NCBI GenBank assembly: GCA_003021235.1
Contig: PXQR01000102.1
Coordinates: 2,051-66,050, forward strand
Source of the DNA: Halobacteriales archaeon QH_6_64_20
Lineage (GTDB): Archaea > Halobacteriota > Halobacteria > Halobacteriales > Halococcaceae
Length of the DNA: 64,000 bases
Reading direction: 5' to 3'
The position numbers and the translations under genes were made by a program. Position 1 is the stretch's first letter; every line of letters starts with the position of its first letter. A model generated the notes under the pieces. It worked only from the letters and a program-made list of their open reading frames with translations, did no database searches and was not told the origin of the DNA. Of this stretch, positions 17,835 through 25,013 are shown piece by piece.

Positions 17835-18062
17835 CCGTTCCGGGCTCTCTCGATGGACGACGGACGACGGACGACGCTTACGGGCTCGATCGACAGGCCT
17901 CTCTCGCGGAACTCGGGCGGCTCTGGTGCTCGTCTACGGCGGGAACGTCGTCGGCGTGGTCTTCGCCGCAGTAACGATCGCAGTCGGGCCGGCCTTCGGA
18001 AGCTTCGAGTCGAGCGCGCTCAGTACGATCGCCGAACCGTTCGTCTCACACAGCGCGGCCGC
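17835..18062 (+). pseudogene. FNT gene fragment (third copy, internal about 60-70 codons only)
   Basis: LDRQASLAELGRLW, then a frame change, then LVYGGNVVGVVFAAVTIAVGPAFGSFESSALSTIAEPFVSHS. This corresponds to the middle of the FNT proteins and is closer to the pseudogene copy at DNA level. Confidence 0.7.
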
Positions 18063-18192
18063 TAGAACGCGATCGACGCTCCAATGCACCGCCGCAGGGG
18101 TCGGCCGCCGTCGAGCACCCGCGGGCTCGATTTCCGAGCGGGACTTACGGCGTCGAATCCAGGACGAGGTGAGTTACACGCCGTGACGGCGC

Positions 18193-18202
18193 AATTTTTT
18201 AG
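18193..18202 (+). promoter_or_regulatory. TATA-like box (AATTTTTTAG)
   Basis: Centred about 30 nt upstream of ATG 18227. Confidence 0.4.
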
Positions 18203-18226
18203 CAACCGCGTCCTGTCGTAGCAGGT

Positions 18227-18961
18227 ATGCCGGGCACTGAGACGGTTTCGCTCCCTCTCGACGAATCGGTAGTGAACGCACTCGACGAAGAGATCGGATC
18301 TCACGACCTCTCGCGCCCGGAGTACATCCGATATATCGTCGAAGTACGCCACGACCGAGCCGAACTCAAGCAGGACCTCGACCGAGCGACCGAGCGCGTC
18401 GAGGAACTCGAAGGGAAGCTCCGGCGCACGACGAACCGGAACGACGATCTCCGCCAGGAAAACGAGAGCCTGCGGCGTGAACGGAACGAACTACAGCGCG
18501 ACCTCGAAAGAGCCGAGTCACGGGTCGAAGAACTCGGACGACGGCTCCGCGAGGCGACCGAACCGGGGGCCGAGGGCACGTCGGGACACGAGGGGAGCCG
18601 AACCGACGGCGAGGGCGGCGAGCGCGAAAGCGGCGACGAGGAAAACGGAAGTGCCCGACAGGACGACGGAGGCGACCGACGGGACGACGGGACGGCGAAC
18701 GGGGTAGCTAGCGACGACGAAAGCGAAACGGGAGCGAGCAACCGAACCGGAGAGGAAAGCGAGAACCGCGACGTGGCCGAGGAGGCAAGCGAGGCGACCG
18801 ATAGTCGGACGACGAACTCGGCGAAATGTAACGCGAACGAACACGGGACGGACGAACACCGGGTGGACGACCGAAACGAGCGGGCATCGAACGAGACCGG
18901 AGAGCGGGACGGGGACGAACTGAAAGCGTGTGCGGCCCGACTCGAGACGTATCTCGGTTGA
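18227..18961 (+). CDS. ribbon-helix-helix (CopG-like) protein with coiled coil and long acidic tail
   Basis: The N-terminus VSLPLDESVVNALDEEIGSHDLSRPEYIRYIV fits an RHH pattern. Residues about 45-110 are heptad-like (ELKQDLDRATERVEELEGKLRR...LQRDLERAESRVEELGRRL). The rest is a low-complexity D/E/G/S/T/R tail. Confidence 0.7.
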   Translation: MPGTETVSLPLDESVVNALDEEIGSHDLSRPEYIRYIVEVRHDRAELKQDLDRATERVEELEGKLRRTTNRNDDLRQENESLRRERNELQRDLERAESRVEELGRRLREATEPGAEGTSGHEGSRTDGEGGERESGDEENGSARQDDGGDRRDDGTANGVASDDESETGASNRTGEESENRDVAEEASEATDSRTTNSAKCNANEHGTDEHRVDDRNERASNETGERDGDELKACAARLETYLG

Positions 18962-19089
18962 GGGTATCGAGGGGGAGATACGAGCGAGAGCTGACGACGA
19001 GAGACTATAGTAGCGGGAGCTACGCGGGACACCGTGTCCGCGAGAGCCGAACATCGGTTCTTCGGTCCTAACGCTCGCGCAAGCCGTAG

Positions 19090-19099
19090 CTATATATGA
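19090..19099 (+). promoter_or_regulatory. TATA-like box (CTATATATGA)
   Basis: Centred about 27 nt upstream of ATG 19122. Confidence 0.4.
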
Positions 19100-19121
19100 G
19101 TTCGAAGAGCATTCGACGGCC

Positions 19122-20444
19122 ATGGATGAGAGCGGGACCGACGGAAGCGAGAGTCCGATACAGGGCGTTGCACTGATTCCGGACGGTGGCGAGAGTGCGG
19201 ACGATGGAAACCACGAGAACAGCGCCGAGAGAGCAAAAGGAACAGAACCGAACGACGAAGGAGGACAGGTAGAGCAGGAGAGCAGTGACGAGAGCGAACA
19301 GGACGATGACAGGAGCGAAGACGGGGAGGACGACCAGGAGCCGGCCGAGGCCGAGAACGAGGAAGGCGATGAAGGCGATGAAGGGACGTACGATCTGACC
19401 CTAACCATCCAAGCCGAGGATGGCGAACCCGTCCCGGGGGCGACCCTCACAGCGGAGCGTACCGATATGGGTCTCGTCGAGGGGTTTCGTGACAGTCCCG
19501 CACAGGACGACACCGACGCCGACGGTCGAGCCTCCTTCGAGTTAGAGGAGGGCGAATACAGCATCGAGGTAGAGGCCGACGGCGAGGAGACCGAACGAAC
19601 GGTAGCGATCGACGGCGAGGACAAAGACGTCACACTGACCGTCGACATCGCAAGCGAAGAGGAAAGCGAGGAGGACGAGGAAGACGGGGACGAGCGAGCG
19701 GGACCGAAACAGGCGGAAGCCCGTATCGCCGAGGACGAAACCACGGAACACGGAACTCCCCGTGGGGCGACGGTTCTGTATCTCGACCTCGAAGGCTTGC
19801 TTCTCGATTTGTTGGGTCTCGAGGTGGACCTCCACGAGGTCGTACTGGACGTACGCGCGATCCCCGGCGAGGGAAAGCTGCTCGGGAGCTTGTTGTTCGG
19901 AGTCGCGAACCTGTTGAGCCCGCTGTCGACGCTACTCAACCGGTTGCTCAACTCGGTTCTGGATCTCTTGAGCTACCTGCTGTCGCCGGTGAGGGGAGTC
20001 GCGAGTCGGATCCGAAGCGCAATCACAACGCCGATCGGCTGGTTGCGGAGCTTCGTGAGCCGTCTCGTGAACACGCTCACGGCGCCGATCAGCGCTCTGC
20101 GCGGGGGGCTGTCGCTCCCGGAATCGACCGCGGAGCGAGTACGGCGGATCAAGCAACGACTCCCGTCGCTCCCATCGTTGCCATCACTACCATCGCTTCC
20201 GTCGTTACCGTCGCTTTTCGACCTGTTCTTCGGCAGCGACGAATCGGAGACGAACGACACCTCGGAGGAACGGGACGGTACGGATTCGGAGGAAGAAACC
20301 GAAGACGAAGGCGAGTCGAGTAGCGAGGAACCCGCCGCCGAGGCCCAACAGTCCTTCGGCGACATGTCCGACGAGGACCTCCAGTCGTTCGCGAACCAGC
20401 TCATGGACGAACTCGACAGGCGGGACGCGAGTAGCGAACAGTAG
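19122..20444 (+). CDS. multi-domain acidic protein, unknown function
   Basis: 440 aa. It starts with an acidic N-terminus, then a beta-sandwich-like segment (TYDLTLTIQAEDGEPVPGATLTAE...ADGRASFELEEGEYSIEV) resembling CarboxypepD_reg-type domains. Next comes a Leu-rich amphipathic block (LDLLGLEVDLHEVVLDVRAIPGEGKLLGSLLFGVANLL...) and an (LPS)n repeat. It ends in an acidic linker and the motif SFGDMSDEDLQSFANQLMDELDRR. Confidence 0.75.
   Translation: MDESGTDGSESPIQGVALIPDGGESADDGNHENSAERAKGTEPNDEGGQVEQESSDESEQDDDRSEDGEDDQEPAEAENEEGDEGDEGTYDLTLTIQAEDGEPVPGATLTAERTDMGLVEGFRDSPAQDDTDADGRASFELEEGEYSIEVEADGEETERTVAIDGEDKDVTLTVDIASEEESEEDEEDGDERAGPKQAEARIAEDETTEHGTPRGATVLYLDLEGLLLDLLGLEVDLHEVVLDVRAIPGEGKLLGSLLFGVANLLSPLSTLLNRLLNSVLDLLSYLLSPVRGVASRIRSAITTPIGWLRSFVSRLVNTLTAPISALRGGLSLPESTAERVRRIKQRLPSLPSLPSLPSLPSLPSLFDLFFGSDESETNDTSEERDGTDSEEETEDEGESSSEEPAAEAQQSFGDMSDEDLQSFANQLMDELDRRDASSEQ
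20160..20213 (+). repeat. tandem Leu-Pro-Ser repeat (6 units by my reading of the DNA)
   Basis: The codons are ctc ccg tcg, ctc cca tcg, ttg cca tca, cta cca tcg, ctt ccg tcg, tta ccg tcg. The peptide repeat is perfect while the codons differ. Confidence 0.85.
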
Positions 20445-20525
20445 GGTCGATCGAGCCACACCGGCGAGGTCGAAAACAGCCGGAGACGTTATATCGAATC
20501 ACGGCAACACGGGTCATATACGAGC

Positions 20526-20903
20526 ATGACCGAACGACCGGAGTCGAACGATCGACGGAACGAAGCGGACAAGGAGCATCTCAGGGAGACTCGCGACCAA
20601 CTCTCGGAGTTCGTGAACGAGGGTGACGAACGGGACGAAGGGCGATCCGGCGATTCGGAGTCGACCGAATCCGAGGACGGTTTCGAAGGGGACGCGACCG
20701 GAGGAGACACCGACGAACCTGAAGGCCGAACGCGAGGGAGTAACTTCGTGGTCAAGGTAGCAGTACGGGAGCGGATCGAGGGGCTGGCCGTTGCGGACGA
20801 TTTTTACGACTCGTTGGACGAAGCGGTCGGCGAGCTCCTGAGCGACGCGGCCCGGCGCGCGGAGGCGAACGGACGCAAAACCGTCCAGGCTCGTGACCTG
20901 TAG
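20526..20903 (+). CDS. histone-fold-like small protein (DUF1931-type, from memory) with acidic N-terminal extension
   Basis: The C-terminal 55 aa, NFVVKVAVRERIEGLAVADDFYDSLDEAVGELLSDAARRAEANGRKTVQARDL, match the DUF1931 pattern as I recall it. The N-terminal 70 aa are acidic and low-complexity. Confidence 0.65.
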   Translation: MTERPESNDRRNEADKEHLRETRDQLSEFVNEGDERDEGRSGDSESTESEDGFEGDATGGDTDEPEGRTRGSNFVVKVAVRERIEGLAVADDFYDSLDEAVGELLSDAARRAEANGRKTVQARDL

Positions 20904-21114
20904 CTCATCGGTTCCCGCCTTCGATAGGTCTCCGCCGCCCGCACGAAAGGGAACCCCCCACTGAAACCGCCGCCCTCCGACGATGATCGGACCACGTCCG
21001 AGGACCGCCCGGCGAGCCAGACGGTCGCTCGAAGAACGAAGTCGCATAGAAGCCGGCATACGCAACAGGTGCATCTAAGTAAGCGAAGGGTGATTGCTCG
21101 GTAGGTGAACGCAT

Positions 21115-21681
21115 ATGAGCCAAAGCGAGGATCAGCAAAGCGAAGATCAGCGAAGCGAAATGATGGAAAAGGCCTCGGAGCTGGGAGCACAGATCAACGT
21201 CGAGGGCGAGGATATCTCGAACGCGTTCGACAGCCTCAGAAGCGGCGACCTCGAAGCACAGCGACTCGCCTCGCTCGGGGAGGCGTTCGGGCGCCAGGGA
21301 GGGGCGCTGTTGGGCCGGCGAGTAGGCGAGGCGATCGGGCAGAAGTTCGCCGATGAGGACGGTACTCTGTCCTTTTCCTCGATCATCAGCACGCTCAGAC
21401 GCAGCGACGGGGACGGGGAAAGCGAGGAGAGCGCCGGCGAGGAAGGAGGCAACGGCGAAGCGAGCCAGGACAGCGACGAAGGAGGTAGCGAGAACGGTGA
21501 CAACGAGAACGCCGGCGAGGACACTGCCGAGGGGGACGGAGATACGGGCGAGGATCGAGACGAGCTCGAAGTCGAAGGTGACGGGTCGGGGAGTTTCGAG
21601 GACATGTCCGACGACGAACTACAGAACCTCGCGAACGACCTCATGGGCGAACTCGACCGACGACAGTCGGACGAGTCCTGA
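21115..21681 (+). CDS. acidic protein, unknown function, sharing a C-terminal motif with 19122..20444
   Basis: 188 aa ending in SFEDMSDDELQNLANDLMGELDRRQSDES. A central Gly/Arg-containing segment reads GEAFGRQGGALLGRRVGEAIGQKF. Confidence 0.7.
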   Translation: MSQSEDQQSEDQRSEMMEKASELGAQINVEGEDISNAFDSLRSGDLEAQRLASLGEAFGRQGGALLGRRVGEAIGQKFADEDGTLSFSSIISTLRRSDGDGESEESAGEEGGNGEASQDSDEGGSENGDNENAGEDTAEGDGDTGEDRDELEVEGDGSGSFEDMSDDELQNLANDLMGELDRRQSDES

Positions 21682-21769
21682 TCGGCGGCTCGAACGGTCG
21701 CTGCTCGTCGGCATCCGTCGCCGATCGACAGGAGTCGTCGCTCGTTCCGAAGAGGGCGGCGACCCGGGG

Positions 21770-21958
21770 CTACTCGCGCTTTTCGACCGCCGGCGAGTAC
21801 GATCGGGAACTCGCGCGCTTCTCTTCGAGACGAGCCGATCGTCGCTGAGCGGCGTCCCACTCGTCGAACATGCCGTACTCGATCATCGTCGTCATGCCGG
21901 CGAGCGCCGCCCGGAGCTTGAGCCCGACGAGCGGGACGTCGGCGACGGTGATGATGAC
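21770..21958 (-). pseudogene. gvpM: gvpM remnant (5'-truncated)
   Basis: VIITVADVPLVGLKLRAALAGMTTMIEYGMFDEWDAAQRR...EKRE* is the conserved GvpA/J/M-family core and tail. There is no start codon, and the N-terminal part of about 28 aa is missing. Confidence 0.75.
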
Positions 21959-21959
21959 G

Positions 21960-22953
21960 GATCTCCGGCGCGAAGGTATACGGCGGCCAGGGACCGGTGA
22001 ATCGGACCGTGATACCCGGTTCGGCGGCGACCTCGTCGAGCATCTCGCCGATCGCCGCCTCGCGCTCCTCGTGAGCGAGAACCGTGAGCCGGGCCTGTGT
22101 GTGCGTTTCCGCTTCCGAGTCCGTCCCCGGGTTCGTGTCCGGGTTCGAGTCGGCGGTCGTCTCCCCGTCGACGAGCGACGATCGGCTCTCGTCGACCCGG
22201 TGTACTTCGCGCGCGAGGCTCGCGAGGCGTTCTTCGAGCGCCGCCGATCGCTCCTCGCGACGCGCTCGTTTCAGTTCGGCGAGACGCTGGTCGTACTGCT
22301 TTCGGAGCAGGAAACCCGTCCCCGAGGACGCCTCGTCGATCCGGGCCGCGAGGTCGGCGAGACGGTCGTCGGTCGCTTCGAGGCCGTCTTCGAGGTCGGT
22401 CTCGTCGGCGGTGACCTCGATACGGTACTCCCAACAGCCCGCAAAGGCCTCTAGATAGCGTCCGAGGGTCTCAGCGCTCTCGGCGACCCACTCGCGAACC
22501 CGCTCGTCGTCCCCGGTCACGATCGTATCGAAGCGAAACGGAAGCGGGGTACCGAAGCGCTCGCCGGCGGCGTCGATAACGCGCTGGTGGTCGAGCAACC
22601 ACTTGTGTATCATAGAGCGACTCGCAGGGATGGACGACCACTCCGATGCCGCGATCGGCGAACGAAACGAGGTGGACCGGCTCGTCGTCGACGCCGGTCG
22701 GAAACTCGGCCCCGACGTCGGTCGGCGTGCTCGCGTCCTCGTCCGCGTCGTCCTCGCCTGTCCTGCCGGCTTCGGCCGTTTCGACTCCGGCTCCCGATCG
22801 GTCGAGGGCCACTGCACAGTAGAGGTATCGGCCTTCCTCGAACGCCGTGTTGGACGACGGCGACGCCGAGCCGGCTTCATCGCTGTCGGAGGGGTCGGGT
22901 TCGTCGCCCGCGCGATTGGCGTCGGAGTTGCGGTCGCGGTCGTGGTCACTCAT
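21960..22953 (-). pseudogene. gvpL: gvpL (GvpF/L family), frame-shifted and lacking its stop codon
   Basis: The N-terminal part (...GRYLYCAV...VHLVSFADRGIGVVVHPCESLY) is in the frame from ATG 22953. The remainder (IHKWLLDHQRVIDAAGERFGTPLPFRF...ITVRFTGPWPPYTFAPEI) is in the +1 frame from 22613. Confidence 0.75.
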
Positions 22954-23243
22954 CGCTGAATACGCTGTGGCCTGGGGCCGGACCTGCTTCGTCGGTGCTG
23001 GTCAGCATGTCTTCGACCAGGCCGTCGAGTTCGCCCCGGAGGTCATCGACGGGTTCGTCGATCCCCTCGTCGTGTTTGAGCCGTTCGATCTCGGCTTCGA
23101 GCGTGGCGAGTTGCTCGCCGAGGCGCTCGATCTCCTCATCGGTGAGTTGGCTCGATTCCATGCGCCGGATCGCCTCGCGTTCCATCGCGTCGACGAGCAA
23201 CTCGACGACGGGCCTCGTCGCCGTCGATATCGATCGTCGTCAT
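22946..23243 (-). pseudogene. gvpK: gvpK, apparent internal deletion and frameshift
   Basis: ATG 23243 (ATGA overlap with the gvpJ stop) opens [11 protein letters not shown] and then goes out of frame. The conserved part [34 protein letters not shown]... runs in another frame to the stop at 22946. Confidence 0.7.
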
Positions 23244-23854
23244 TGTTCGTCGTCCTCGCTCTCGTCGTCCTCGGCGTCGGTCGAATCGTCGCTCTCGCTC
23301 GCGTCGGTGTCCGGGGCTGTCGGCCGCTCGCGTACGCCGGGTTCGGACCCGCCGTCGTCGCTACCGGACACGACGTCCCCGGCTCCCTCGACCGCATCCG
23401 ATAGTCCGCCCTCCCCATCATCGTCGTTTTCGCTTCCCCCCTCGCTGGTCCCTTCGCTTTCCTCGTCGGGTTCGGTGATCGGCGCGCTCTTCATCGCCGG
23501 CGACGAGTCGGAGATCGGCGGGTCGTGTAGTCCCATCATCCGCTCGCCGACTTGTGAGCGGTCGATCTCCCGGTCGTCTTCGTCGTTGACGCCGGTGGCT
23601 TCCGCGATCTCCTCGATGCGGTCGGTGTCCGTGCCGGTCGGAAACTCCAGTCCGTATCTCGCGGCCGTCTCGAAGGAGGCGATCGCCGCTCTGAGCTGGA
23701 TGCCGAGCAGTTCGGCGTCGCCGATCGACACTGCGATGTCGGCGTTGATCACGATCCCCTTGTCGAGCAGCAACTCGACGACGTCGGCCAGGTCCGATTG
23801 TGTGCGGGTTGGACCGGCGCTTCGATTTTGCCGTTGACTGGGTCCGTTACTCAT
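23240..23854 (-). CDS. gvpJ: gas vesicle protein GvpJ with long acidic C-terminal tail
   Basis: From ATG 23854. The core LADVVELLLDKGIVINADIAVSIGDAELLGIQLRAAIASFETAARYGLEFP belongs to the GvpA/J/M family. About 100 further acidic residues follow. Confidence 0.9.
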   Translation of the reverse strand: MSNGPSQRQNRSAGPTRTQSDLADVVELLLDKGIVINADIAVSIGDAELLGIQLRAAIASFETAARYGLEFPTGTDTDRIEEIAEATGVNDEDDREIDRSQVGERMMGLHDPPISDSSPAMKSAPITEPDEESEGTSEGGSENDDDGEGGLSDAVEGAGDVVSGSDDGGSEPGVRERPTAPDTDASESDDSTDAEDDESEDDEQ

Positions 23855-25013
23855 CGTCGTCTCCTCCGTTGCGGTTCTCGAAGCGATCGCCGTAGATGTG
23901 ATCGCGGCCCGGCGCGCTCGAATGGCGCGGCGTTCGCGACATCGTCGAAAACCGCGCGACTCCGCCCAAATCAGTCCGGTCATCCGATGAAGAGGGAAGC
24001 GTCGAGTAGGCCGTTGGACTCCGCGAGGACGGTTGGCCGGTTTCGCCGGTTTTCCGCTTGAACTCCTGCTTCGAGCGCTCGGTCATCTCCTTGAGTCGGC
24101 TGCGCGCTTCGATGGCGCTTTCCCTGAACTCGTCGATCGCTTCGCGCAACCGCGATTGGACTTTCGCCTGGATGATTTCGGAGGGGATTCCGCCTCCCTC
24201 CTCCTCGTCGCCGTTGTCCGCCTCGTCGCCTTCGGTGTCACCGTCGTTTTCGTCGTCGCTCCTAAAGCGGTCGAGAAAGTTTTCCTCGTCGTTTTCGTTC
24301 CCGTCGTCGCCGTCGTCCCTGAGCCGATCGAGAACGCTACTGTCCTCGTCGCTGTCGCTGTCGCTGGTGCTGTCGGCGCTGTCGTCGTCGGTGAGGTCGT
24401 CCGCTGCCTCCTCGAGGTCCTCCTTTTCGCGCCAGAGGTCCCGCAGGTCGACGTTCCCGAGGACTTTCCGGAGGTTTACGACCTGTAGCAGCTTGCGAAA
24501 GTGGACCGCCTCGCCGGCCTCGCCTTCCGCGATCGCCTCGGGGATGTCACCGGCTTCGATCGCCGCCGGGAGCGAACGCCACTCGACGGCTCCGGGCAGC
24601 GCGGAGAGATCGATCGTCGAGAGGAGGTCTTCGGCCTCGTCGATGACGTCGAGGAGGTCGTCGAAGTCGTCCTGTACATCCTCGAACGTTCCCTCCCGAT
24701 CGCCGCGCGAGATGGCGAGGATGTCCTCTAAGTCCGCTTCGGCGCGCGTGACCAGTTCCGCCGCCTCGGCGAGATCACTGTCGATCCCGGCGTCGCCGTC
24801 GTCTTCGTCGTCGGCGCTCCCGCCGCTGTCGCCGGCGCTGTCGGCGCTGTCAGTGCTTTCGGTACTGTCGGCGTTACCAACGTCGTCGGTGCCCTCACGA
24901 GACACACCGGCATCGCCGTCGTCCACCCCTTCTTCCTGGGACCCGATCGCGGCCCGGAGGCGAGCGCTCGTTTCGGCTAAACCCCCATCGTCCGAACTCG
25001 CCGAATCGCTCAC
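23847..25013 (-). CDS. large acidic protein in the gvpI position (function unknown; basic C-terminal segment)
   Basis: 388 aa, with a GTG start overlapping the gvpH stop (GTGA) and an 8-nt overlap with the gvpJ start. The N-terminus is acidic and low-complexity. A central, apparently folded region reads DLLSTIDLSALPGAVEWRSLPAAIEAGDIPEAI...HFRKLLQVVNLRKVLGNVDLRDLW. The C-terminus is basic (RSRLKEMTERSKQEFKRKTGE...PTAYSTLP...ARFSTMSRTPRHSS...IYGDRF). Confidence 0.75.
   Translation of the reverse strand: MSDSASSDDGGLAETSARLRAAIGSQEEGVDDGDAGVSREGTDDVGNADSTESTDSADSAGDSGGSADDEDDGDAGIDSDLAEAAELVTRAEADLEDILAISRGDREGTFEDVQDDFDDLLDVIDEAEDLLSTIDLSALPGAVEWRSLPAAIEAGDIPEAIAEGEAGEAVHFRKLLQVVNLRKVLGNVDLRDLWREKEDLEEAADDLTDDDSADSTSDSDSDEDSSVLDRLRDDGDDGNENDEENFLDRFRSDDENDGDTEGDEADNGDEEEGGGIPSEIIQAKVQSRLREAIDEFRESAIEARSRLKEMTERSKQEFKRKTGETGQPSSRSPTAYSTLPSSSDDRTDLGGVARFSTMSRTPRHSSAPGRDHIYGDRFENRNGGDDDE

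Noticed and set aside
20160-20213. Tandem repeats (LPS repeat, 10-nt phased array, GGACGAC x3) as possible CRISPR-like arrays
   Set aside because: The units are 7-10 nt with no spacers. One is clearly coding. No cas genes are in the window.
21147-22949. 600-aa ORF that looks like one very large gene
   Set aside because: Only the segment from about 22613 to 21960 is GvpL-like. Downstream it is read-through, because the gvpL stop was lost, and it runs antisense to the well-supported acidic gene 21115..21681. Upstream it is out of frame with the true gvpL N-terminus.
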